A stretch of DNA of 62,018 bases, filler included, from Kipferlia bialata (taxonomy: Eukaryota): assembly GCA_003568945.1 (NCBI GenBank). It is 4 parts of 4 records of this genome, joined end to end, with 100 filler letters (N's around TTAATTAATTAA, not from the genome) between each part and the next. Parts side by side here need not be neighbours in the genome. Positions count along the whole stretch, not along the records: positions 45,973 to 59,653 come from BDIP01000326.1; positions 59,754 to 62,018 come from BDIP01000404.1; 2 more parts are not named here. One strand, written 5' to 3'. Each line of letters starts with the position of its first letter. Position 1 is the stretch's first letter. This document shows, one piece after another, positions 51,533-62,018 of the stretch. The translations under genes and the position numbers were made by a program. Under the pieces are notes generated by a model. The model was not told the origin of the DNA. It saw only the letters and a program-made list of their open reading frames with translations, and searched no databases.

Positions 51533-53448
51533 TCACTGCGCCCAACCATGCTGTGAGACCTGGTGACCCTCTCCCCCTTCCTCTCTGTCCTCTGAGGCAG
51601 TGCCTACCAGAGGCTCTATATCAAGGGCTGGATACCCCATGGCTAGGGGTGCCCCCATGTGAAGTGAGGCAGTCTGCCCCATACCCAGGCCTAGCCCCAG
51701 GGTATAACCCTGTGAGTCGGGGTCGGGAGTGTATATACTGGCCTCGCCGAGGCCCAGACCAGCTGTTGAGGGTGCAGGTACTGGCTGTAGGGGGTAGCCA
51801 GATACAGACTCTGAGACGGAAGAGGGGTGCCTGGGGTGGGCAAAACAACAGAGAAAAGGGAACAACTGACCTCCCTGTCCATCTCTTGAACCACTCTTGC
51901 CAAGTATATGAAGTATCTATAACATAGTATGTTAAACATACCTAGTAGGGGTGGCAAGGGGGGCACACACAGCTGGAGAACCAAATTGAGGCATGGATGT
52001 GACACTCTCAGCGAACCCTTGCAACACGGCAGACACCCCTCCAACCCCTGGGTCCCCCATGTATGAGCCCCGTCTCTTGGGGGAGGGGACAGGGGTGCTG
52101 ACCTGCTTGAAGGGAGGCGTGTGGGCTGCTCTCTTATGCACAGACCCAGGCCACTCAGAATCCTCACTGCCCTCTCTCTCTCTCTCTGTTTCTGTCTCTC
52201 CCTCACCGCCAACAGAGCTCTCTGTACTCCCACCCTCATCTGAGCTATACCCACTCTCCTCTATCGCCCTCTCACTCAATCTGTCCATGGTTTCCCTCAG
52301 CTTCAGGTCGAGCCTCCTGTTCCGATCCTTCAGCCTCTCTCCCTCCTTCTGCAGCCTCGCAATGTCTATACCGGCCCCCCTGAGCTGCCCCTTCAGTTCA
52401 GCTATCTGCGCATCCCTCTCGGCAATCAGGACGTCTCTCTTGTCCAGCTCCCCCTGTAGCGGCATCTCAGGCGGGGCCTCCCCAGCAAGCACCTTCCCAA
52501 ACTGTGTGTACATGTCAGCCATCCTCCCCTTCACGGAGTCCTTCTCAGCCTGTAGCTGCACCCTAATGCCCTCCCTCCCAGCCTCAGCCGCAGTCTTCTT
52601 AGCTACCATGTCCTTGTACAGACCACGCATACGCTCGTACTGCTGCTGCTTCTGCTTCAGGCCCTCTCTCTCTCCCTCTAACGCTACCTGTAGGTTGTGG
52701 GTCTCCTCTGCATGTCTCTTCTTGAGAGAGGCCTGCTCCGCTTTGTGCTCCTCCTCCCTATCTCGCAGAGTGGCACACAGTCTCTCCAGGTATGCCAGCC
52801 GGAGGCCCTCCCCCTCGGGCTTGGGGTCTCTGCCACTGCCACTCCCACTGCCATTGGTGTTGGAACTTGGATCAGAAGGTGTGTGCCGGGGGTAGAGCGG
52901 GTGGAGCGGCCCCACTGTTCCCCCTCCCCTCCACTCTATGCTGGCTGCAGTGTTCCTGAGAGAGGTGGATACAGAGAAGCCAGTGAGGGTCGTGTGCTGT
53001 AGGTCGTCGGGCACTACACCCCCCTCTCCACCCACCCCAGGGACATGTGACACATTCACAGAGACAGGACCCAGCGGGAGGAGAGAACGGGACCGAGAGG
53101 GCACAGGAAGGGTCCGCTCTAGGGCTGTGACGCGGTGGAGGTCCCGGAGAGAGTCGGGAGTGGGTCCACTAGAGAGAACAACTCGGGGAAAGGAGCCTGA
53201 ATGGAAGAGAGAGGGTGGAAATGATAGGGAGGGAGAGAGAGAGCGAGAGCGAGAGCGAGAGAGAGAGCGAAAGAGAGAGAGAGAGAGAATTCTTTTCTCT
53301 CTGAATCAATAATACATGTGGAAGTCCATTGCAGGATGCTAACACATACACATACACAAAGGGAATCATGTAGCAGAAGAGACAATCAGAATGGTCCCAT
53401 ACCTTGATCCAGGTTCCGGTCCCCGTCACTGTTTCTCTCCCTCTCCAT
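51533..53448 (-). CDS. Coiled-coil hypothetical protein, 3 exons (53448-53403, 53196-51942, 51830-51533)
   Basis: Phase-consistent GT-AG splicing. The central region is heptad-like and E/K/R/Q-rich (LRDREEEHKAEQASLKKRHAEE...IAERDAQIAELKGQL). Confidence 0.7.
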
Positions 53449-53663
53449 CTGCAATAGGTCTCAGATAAGGCGACCCCCCTACCTCTGACCCTAGCGACCT
53501 CAGAGTGGATCGAAGAAGGACGCTGACCCCAACGGATTTCACAGACCAGGAAAGGGTGTAGACGTGTTGTTGAGGAAAAAGCAATGACTATGTCAGACGG
53601 GGTCACTCTTTAGGCAAGACCAATACCCAAAGACAGTGCTATTTGCTTCCCCGAGTCCTTGAT

Positions 53664-54139
53664 ATGGTAGAGAATGAGGTGGGTTACCTCATTGTTACCC
53701 TGTTTCATTATGTGTGGTGTTGTTGGACTATATATGTCAACTTAATCCACACTGATATATGACATGGTGACTCTCTACTTCCATTACTCACCCAAGGCTG
53801 ATGCTAAGCTGGTCCGGAAGGATTTCGGTCAGCGTGTGCAGCTAGTGCATACCATCCAGGCCATCCTGCAGGTATGATACAGTGCTAGATACGATATGCT
53901 CTCTGACATGAATATATCCTTGACATATGTACTCTCAGTATCTCTTGTAATAACCTCTGCAGTATGTTATAAACCTGAGTTGTCACTAACCGAATCAGAA
54001 GTACCCCCTAGGCCCCCAAATCATACTGGAGCTGGCCCAGAACGCAGATGACGCCCGTGCTTCCGCCTTCGCGGTGTTTATAGACCACACCAGCTACGGG
54101 GACGAGAATATCTTGGAGCCCACGCTCAAGTGCCAGCAG
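53664..54139 (+). CDS. Sacsin-like (SRR/HSP90-like ATPase) N-terminal fragment; exons 53664-53678, 53797-53871, 53999-54139
   Basis: Spliced MVENE|ADAKLVRKDFGQRVQLVHTIQAILQ|KYPLGPQIILELAQNADDARASAFAVFIDHTSYGDENILEPTLKCQQ matches the sacsin repeat start FGQ...IL..YP.G.QI..EL.QNA.DA.A...D...YG. Interrupted by poly-C and an N gap at 54211-54284. Confidence 0.8.
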
Positions 54140-54151
54140 GTACATCATCTC

Positions 54152-54195
<44 letters not shown>

Positions 54196-54210
54196 CCCCT
54201 CCCCACCCCC

Positions 54211-54284
54211 NNNNNNNNNNNNNNNNNNNNNNNNNNNNNNNNNNNNNNNNNNNNNNNNNNNNNNNNNNNNNNNNNNNNNNNNNN
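54211..54284. other. Assembly gap (74 N) flanked by poly-C
   Basis: Run of N without the linker motif. Confidence 0.95.
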
Positions 54285-54302
54285 CATATTTTTACATCCC
54301 CC

Positions 54303-54333
<31 letters not shown>

Positions 54334-55808
54334 ACTCCTTCTCTTTCTAGTCTCATATATAGCCTGTATATGATATATAGGCTGAAGCCGACCAGTCTCT
54401 CTCTCTCCCCCTCCCCCTCACTTCAGACCCCCCCTACTGTGTCTGTATATAGATCTCTCTCTCTATATATGTAAACCCCTTCCCCTGCTGTCTATTCATA
54501 TTGATATCTCTCTCTATGTGTATATATATTGTATCTCACTCCAGACCCCCCCCCCCTCCCCCTGATATATTCTTCACATGTCGTCAGTATCCTATTCTCT
54601 CTCTGTATATATATGTACATATATATTTATATATATATACCTCTCACTCCAGACACCTGCTGTCTACTATTCAATACAGACTGACGCCGACCAGTGCCTG
54701 TTTGACTCAGGGCTAGCCAAGGTGTGTGTTGTACACTCTTTGACCCTACTATGTATAAATACCATCCTCACCCTCTCCCGTTCTGGTATGTGTAGTATCA
54801 AGCCTCTGTACGCTATGTCTATTCCCCATACCCTATGCAAAATTGATATATATATATATCTGTCTGCTCCTGCTATGAATGCACCCAATATCTCTCTCTC
54901 TCTCTATCACCTGGTACCTGCCAGGTATAGACTCCCTCCCCACACTCACACTCTGTGTAATTCCATATGCCTGCCGTGTATTCTCACCATACACTCTCTC
55001 TGTCTCTCCCCCGCTGTGGTCACTCCATACTCCTCCCAGTACGAAACCCGGCCTCTCTATCTCCCCCTTCCTCTCTCCCCCTCCCCCATACTGTCACTGA
55101 CTCCAGGTTGTACCCCCCCAATACATCCGGGGTACAGTCACGGTTGATCTAGGTAATAGAATGTATCTACTCCATGGTACTATGCACGAGTGGTGTGTCT
55201 CGCAACAGGAGAGACCACGCTCTAGCTCTAGTAGTCTCCCCCTTTCTCCACTCACCCTATGGCTCTTATTCTCCCCATACAATCTCCTCAGTGATGGTTA
55301 GATATACTCTATTGGGTACACTATCTCTTTCACCATATCCACCCCCCCTCTCCAGCCCCTCCCGACATATATATACATATATATATATATATACCAGCTG
55401 CGCAGCAGAACATCAGTCCATTCCTGTCTATCCTGCATATATTGCCGCCTCTCATATGCCCTCTTATATGTGTGAAGTGTGTTGTACTAAACGGTTTGGG
55501 TTTTTACTCCCATACATGTATATATGTTTGCACATGCTACCGCCTCTCCATTCTCCCCCATCCCCGCCCCACGGTCGCTGTATAGTGTCAGACTGTCATG
55601 CTGTAACAGATGAATTCCACTTGAATTTCCAAGAGATATTGCCACGCCTATGTAACTATTCTGTCATCACCCATCGCCCTGTCAGAGCCTCTGACCTATA
55701 CTCATGGCATCCCTCTAGTCTCTCTCTCTCATACCCAGGTGTCTTCAGAGATGGCAGCCCCACCCTCTTCCAGTTCAGGTACAGTTGACGTCCTTTGTGA
55801 GTGTTGTT

Positions 55809-57009
55809 ATGTGGCGGTATCACTTGATGATTGTGGATGTACCAGTCACAATTGCAGTCCTAATTCCAGCGTCAGTGGTCCCATTCTTCGAGTTGTCCCC
55901 GATTGTGGGGTCTGTACCACCTAGTATGCACACGGTTGGGAGCCTCAGCAAATATGTGGGACATGACGAGGTGAGTTCTCCTCTACTTTGACCATGAGCG
56001 TGACTCATCTACTAAAGGAATGTGTACTATGTAACTCTGTCACCACACTCTATACAAACATAGTTTGAACACGTCCCAACTGTCAACTGGCACTATTTTG
56101 CCTCCTGCTACTTCTGACTGAAAGGTGATGATGACTAATGGCATTTCGGATGAGTTTCTGTTGTGCAGGCTACATGCAGACATGTCTGTCTCAGCCGAGG
56201 CAGTCGCTGGGCGGTATTCCTTAATGGTAGGCCATGCTGCTCGGTTTTGCCATGGTGGGAAGGTGTACTTCTTCGAAGAGGATGAGTATAAGATGCGCAT
56301 TGTGTCCCTTGACAACCACACTCCTCTACTCTCTGATTGTCCTGACTGGTACCGCAACTCGGCATCAGAGGTGGAGGAGCTGGAAGAGATCTATCACCCG
56401 TGTGACCTGAATGCCTTTCAGCTATCTGGCTTCCTGGTCCTCATTGGGTCCGGCTGTTTCACTAGCGGCCATCGCACGTTTGTGTTCGACACAGACAACG
56501 AGAGTAGCGGATGGGTGGGTCTGCGAGGAGAGACGCCGGCATTGACAGTTGATGAGCACTGTGTGGCTGTCGTTAACGAGACTGCATACTGCTTCAGCGT
56601 AAATGGTCTCTTCCGGTTTTCCTTGAGAGAGGGATGGTCCGAGGTTGAGAGTGTTCCAGCCTTCTGCAGGAATGTAAGTGGTATGTGTCCGGTTGGTTCT
56701 CTCATTGTCGGACACACATACTCGCGCACCGCTTGGGCGCTGCCTCGGTGGGAGGTAGTGGCCTACGACACGATCAGTGGAGAGTGGCAGCAGTGGGGGG
56801 ATTTACATGGATATCGTGTGGACTGTCACATGGACCCTAGCCACACTTTGGTTCTGAGCAGACCTGATGAGACAGACGATTACTTCAACTCACTGATGCT
56901 AGCTGAGCTCGACCCTGCCCTTCTGTATCCCCATTGCGGCATGAGATGGGCAAGGGTGGCACCAGACATGGTGCTCGATACTACGTCAGAAGATGATGAG
57001 GTACAGTAG
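55809..57009 (+). CDS. Kelch-like beta-propeller protein (main exon 56125-57009; upstream exon ending 55970, start uncertain)
   Basis: RTFVFDTDNESSGW, CVAVVNETAYCF, LFRFSLREGW, VAYDTISGEW. Donor gag|gtgagt at 55970 and acceptor ctgactgaaag at 56124. Confidence 0.7.
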
Positions 57010-57465
57010 GAGATGGGAAATGTATATCGGAATAGTGATAACATAGCACCTGCCAAATAGATTTTTTTTGTATTACTGACTCACACTGACTGGTGAAGTC
57101 CCTTGATTATATATGGATATTTGTGTGTGTGACACATTTTGGATACATAGGCTTGACTATCCCTGGATATCGTCATTTGTACATAAATGACTTCATTGTA
57201 CTCAACTGGAGACATACTATCATCATTATGTCTTTGGGTTATGGTAGTACCATGATATCTCACGACTCTAGGCAAGACTGACTCTTGAACATCCCAGCGA
57301 CTTGTGTTCTATGAAGTGAGATACAATATCACCCTGAAGAGATTGTAGTGGATAGTCGATGTATAAGCATATACATGTGTCTTGAACAACATGAATATTG
57401 GTCTCTCTTGTGTTAAGCTAATGCTACACATACATATACTAATAGACTACACAACAACAAGGGTC

Positions 57466-58657
57466 TCATATATCACATGTCTTGGCAATTCCAAGTGTGA
57501 CCATCTTCTGCTCGTCCCACTCCAGTAGTCGCCCCCATCCCATCCCCACACTTGGGTAGAACAGAGAGTCGTTCAGGGTCAGTACTTCCGCATACAGTGT
57601 GTCGTTACATACTTCTGCATCGGAATAGAAGAAGAGCACAGTATTGTCTGCTACCCTCACTCCTATTCGGCCACAGCCACCGCCCTCTCCAAATGTGCAA
57701 ACATCCCCACTAACCAAGTCATAGAGGTGGTCACCAGAAGCAGCGCCAAAGAGAACCAGGCGTCCGAATATCTTATGTTAGTAGGACTCTGTTACAGAGT
57801 CACTCTGTACTAAGATGTGATTTGTTAGTAGTCTTAGGATGGCCAAGGTAACACCTATAGTGAGATAGCTTTACCTCTGCATGTTCAACCCCCTCTACTG
57901 TCTCAGGTATGCGGCAATGTTCTATCCAGCCGTTGCGAAATGTGTATGTCCAGTGTCTTACTCCTCCCGGACTGTTCTTGAAGAAGTGGAGGGTGTCGTG
58001 TTCAACCACATGGGCTACATGGCAGTTGAGAACAGGACATTGTCGACTGTCTTCCGTCCAGAGACCATATTGGGGGTCGTAGATCAGTGTACCGGTGAAT
58101 GACTCTCGTTTGTAATATCTGATGCTTCCATCCAATTTCTCGGTCCATGGGATGAACACAACATAGTCTCCCAGTACACAAGCGATGGGGTAGCACAGGT
58201 ACGGCATTGCCGATTGAGCACCGTTTCCATTAGCGTGGAATCTGTACAGAGGTGGGCGCTTCCAAGACCTAAGGGGTCTTGCACAGTCATGAAATGCAAT
58301 GACTGGGTCTTGCTTACCCTGAACTACATAACATACCACTAAGCCGTTGAGATAGGCCTTCACTATCTCCACCTCAGACACACGATAAGCACCCAGCTGA
58401 ATCCAGGCCACTGATCCATCCTCTATGTCACTACCATCGTGATAGAACTCCATGTCATCAGACAAATCATCTGATATTGTGAGCAGAAGCCCAGAAGACC
58501 CAAGGCCTAGTGCAGAGAACACATAACAGTCTTCTCCCCCATGTCCAGTGTCAGGAAGCCTCTGGATTTTGGCAAAGGGGAGATCAGGTATGGTTCTCAG
58601 GGTGACAGCTTGTGACACTGCAGCAGCATCATCATCGTAACTGTAGTCCTTTGACAT
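57466..58657 (-). CDS. Kelch-like beta-propeller protein, 2 exons (58657-57875, 57771-57466)
   Basis: IACVLGDYVVF, TLIYDPQYGLW, HWTYTFRNGW, HLYDLVSG. In-frame intron gtaaag...ctaacataag. Confidence 0.75.
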
Positions 58658-59653
58658 TGTGACACCGATGATCTTGGGTTAGTATCTTGAGGGAGGTGTT
58701 GCATCATTCTATTTACAATCATTTCCGACAGATGCAGCATTTGCTTTGGATGTATTCCGGTGAACCTCTGAGAGGGATCGCTCCTTTAGAATATAGTGAA
58801 AATCAGCGACTCTGGATAGCTACTCCTCAAAGGTGTACAGCGTAAGTACTACTTACTCAGTATGCTACTAATACATGGGCTAGTGAACATCTTGAATCAA
58901 GACAGAAGAGATACATACGATAGCTTACTTGGGGCATCTAGCATACCTGTCAAAGTGAAGGTATTAACGTGTCGACTGAGGACGATTGAGCTTGCCGTTA
59001 ATACAGGTCCATCGAAGTCTGGAATGTACAGTAGACCCACATAGTATACTTTACACTGTATACTATACAGTAACTGTATCACAGTTGATTAAGAAGAGCA
59101 CAGTGTTACCTGTGTGAGACTGTAAAGTGCCTGCTGTTCACTGGATCATGATGGTCATCAGTGAAAGTAGATACCGACAGTAATCCTTTCTCTACAGTGT
59201 CTGAGAGGTGGCAAGCTACAAGGCTCTCTTTAGGACTCCACTCAGTCTTTGATCCGGTGCATCGCACCAGTCGTGCCTGAAACCCAAGAGAATAGTTGTG
59301 AGCTGCCAACAGGATACAAGTATGTGTGCATGTATACCAATTTGTGTCATTGCATTTCCCCTTACAGGTTGATATCAGATCTATCACTCCTTTAATCCCT
59401 AATAGGAGCCCTATCTATTCACGATTCGTTCAATCTACGGCTACATAACAGCACTTATCACACCATTAGGTCACGTGTGCGCTAAGAATGTCACTACTCT
59501 TCATACCGTTGCATTAATTTCATGGTTCATTATATGGAGCTTCTGCCATACTGGTGCTGTAGACTAACAGAGTGGATGCTGTATACACCTATAGTAAGTG
59601 AAGGTCTCACCCCTCAGGTACCGTAGATGACAAGATCCAAGAGCCACACTCCC

Positions 59654-59753
59654 NNNNNNNNNNNNNNNNNNNNNNNNNNNNNNNNNNNNNNNNNNNNTTA
59701 ATTAATTAANNNNNNNNNNNNNNNNNNNNNNNNNNNNNNNNNNNNNNNNNNNN
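59654..59753. other. Artificial scaffold linker
   Basis: 44 N + TTAATTAATTAA + 44 N. Confidence 0.97.
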
Positions 59754-59797
<44 letters not shown>

Positions 59798-59912
59798 GAG
59801 AGAGAGGGTAGGGGGGAGGAGAGAGAAGTTAACTACTGCAAATAGGTACTGCTATGCGGTAAAGGGCGGGGACACACATACAGAGATACATGGAGAAAGC
59901 TGAAGCGGGTAC

Positions 59913-60649
59913 CTGTGCTGAGCTCGAAGACTGTGGTGGCCATGCTCCAGATGTCGATGGCTGTGGATATGGGCAGACCCAGCAGGCACTCGGGGGGGCG
60001 GTAGTACCTGGTATGAGTATATATATACATATGCATAGAGAGACAGAGATGAAGAATGGGAGAGAGAGCCAGGAGGCACTCGGGGGGGTATGGGGTAGGG
60101 AGAGAGAGAGAGAGAGAAAGTAGCAGGTACCTTGACACGAGCTCACACCCGCATGGCTTGGTGGTGCTGGGCTGGATGCATGACCCAAGGTCAGACACAA
60201 CCAGTCTGGGGGTGAGAGGTGAATCATACTGACAGTATATGATGATAGTATGTAGTACATCTATATACCTGTCCCCGGTGATGAGCATGTTGTCTGGCTT
60301 GATGTCACAGTGCGCATAGCCCCCATCGTGGTGCAGGGCCTTGAGGCCTAGAGGGTTAGTATGGAAAAGTACATATCGTGGCAGTATCTACACTTACAAT
60401 AATTACACGTACCCAGCAGCATCTGGTATGTGTATGACCTAAATATAGGAACACCCACACACCCACACCCAAATATATATATAAGTGACTATATATATAA
60501 GTGAGTGCATCATACGTACCCAGCAGCATCTGGTATGTGTATGACCTGATGACAGGCAGGGGCAGACCAACCCCACTGCCAGTCCGACGCAGGAGCTGCC
60601 TGGGGTGAGGACAGTTAAAGAGAGCGAGGGGGGGGGTAGGGAGAGAGAG

Positions 60650-60684
<35 letters not shown>

Positions 60685-61819
60685 ACCTGAGGTCACTGTG
60701 CATGTACTCAAACACCATGCACAGGTGCTGCATGTGGGTGAAGGAGTCCAGCAGCCTCACAATGTGGTAGTGGGTCTCATCAACGGAGGCGGCCTTGGAG
60801 TAAGTCTTGCGTACATACGAGAAACATGAAAGGAAAGGGGGGAGAGAGAGAGAGACACCCAGATGCCGCACCTGCACATTCTTGATGATCTTCATCTCCA
60901 TGTCGGCCACTGCCCTCATCTGCTCAGAGTTCCGGATGACCTGGGGTGAGGTATACACTGTATATATATATATATACAATGAGAGAGTGAGGTATGTATA
61001 TATATATCACTGCCCTCATCTGCTCAGAGTTCCTGATGACCTGGGGTTAATGAGATACATATCTTGTACTAATATGTGTGTACTAGGCCTAGAAAATAGA
61101 GTCAGAGACACATAGAGGTTCAGAGAGTACTATACATTCTATCCTCACCTTGACAGCCACCATCTTGTTTGATGCCTTGTCCTTGCACTTGGCAACAGAA
61201 CTGAAGGTACCATGGCCCAGAAGAGAGGTCACAGTGTACCTAAGGGGTCAGTATACTATCCTATACAATACAAGTTGTAGTAATAGGGGTTGGGGGGGGG
61301 GGGGTATTGAGAGTGAGTGTGACAAAACATTGGTGTCAATACCACAGCGTCCGATGGGAGACCACCGAATGAGGGGAAGAATCACAGAGCAGCTGGGGGG
61401 TCAGGGTATATGCATGCTCGTATAATAGTACAAAAGTACTACATGTACCAATAGTATCTCCCTCATTATATACAAAGCAACCCCCCCCCCCCCACAGAGG
61501 AAATACAAATAATGTGCAAAATATATATTTACATATTCTATATATACAACCGGTTGAACTCCCCCATCCTTCTCTTCTTTACCTCGTGTGCATCTCCTCG
61601 CCCAGGACAAGCTCTGAAGTGAGAAGAGAGGAAGTGTATTATACATAGAAAGCACATTGACTGGATATATAGGAGGGATACAAGAGGAATTGTGCACGTA
61701 CTGTAGTATCCGAGAGCATCGTCACAGTTGTGGCCACTCCTCTTCTCAGTGCCACCCTCCTTCTCAATCACCATGCTGTTGTCTGCCTCGGACTCAGAGG
61801 CAAACATGTCCAGAGAGTC
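59913..61819 (-). CDS. PRP4K: PRP4-like pre-mRNA splicing kinase (CMGC group), partial at both ends
   Basis: Spliced DMFA...NCDDALGYY|KLVLGEEMHTR|YTVTSLLGHGTFSSVAKC...VAVK|VIRNSEQMR...HIVRLLDSFTHMQHLCMVFEYMHSDLR|QLLRRTGSGVGLPLPVIRSYTYQMLL|...HCDIKPDNML...SDLGS...LVSR|YYRPPE...IDIWS. The N.xD.xGYY, G.xVGL....RSY and LVSR motifs are PRP4-typical. Confidence 0.85.
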
Positions 61820-61922
61820 CTGGGGTGAAGGGGAGAGAGAGAGAGAGAGAGAGAGAGGCAAACATGTCCAGAGTGTCCTGGGGTGAGATACATATGGAGA
61901 GAGAGGGGGGGGTGGAGATAGA

Positions 61923-61958
<36 letters not shown>

Positions 61959-61995
61959 CTCAGAGGCAAACATGTCCAGAGAGTCCTGGGGTGAG
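61793..61995 (-). repeat. Acceptor-side echoes of the PRP4K exon DSLDMFASE
   Basis: gaggcaaacatgtccagagWgtcctggggtga three times on the + strand (~61797, ~61855, ~61963). Confidence 0.9.
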
Positions 61996-62018
61996 GGGGG
62001 GGGGGGGGAGAGGGAGTG

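Noticed and set aside
51993..52895. 300-aa plus-strand ORF (also 31684-32280 + and 49393-50082 -)
   Set aside because: Ser/Leu-rich antisense shadows of GA-rich coding exons on the opposite strand.
54074..54474. Poly-Pro/poly-Gly ORFs (formin-like appearance), also 22745-22939
   Set aside because: They arise from poly-C runs and N gaps.
58700..59653. Possible gene or mobile element in the last kb of scaffold 3 and in 21900-22830
   Set aside because: No convincing ORF, transposase/RT motif or terminal repeats; only isolated splice-like signals.

Overview
Intron-rich eukaryotic DNA made of four concatenated scaffolds, joined by artificial 100-nt N/TTAATTAATTAA/N linkers at 22888-22987, 45873-45972 and 59654-59753. 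The short exons, (TA)n/(TC)n-filled introns, branch point fused to the acceptor (CTNAC...AG) and kelch-like genes suggest a free-living fornicate such as Kipferlia; this is inference and was not checked. Splicing the sequence by hand gives 11 genes: a ~60-exon orphan gene, an atypical kinase, three kelch-like proteins, a secreted LRR plus carboxypeptidase-regulatory-like repeat protein, an LpxH-like metallophosphoesterase, a Ulp1/C48 protease, a coiled-coil protein, a sacsin-like fragment and a PRP4 kinase. The most unusual signal is that introns are packed with polarised half-copies ('echoes') of the neighbouring exons. Upstream echoes keep the acceptor and the exon's 5' part; downstream echoes keep the exon's 3' part and the donor. 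Many echoes differ from the intact exon mostly at synonymous sites, including TCN/AGY serine switches, which neutral decay should not produce. An assembly artefact of stacked haplotypes has to be excluded with long reads or PCR.
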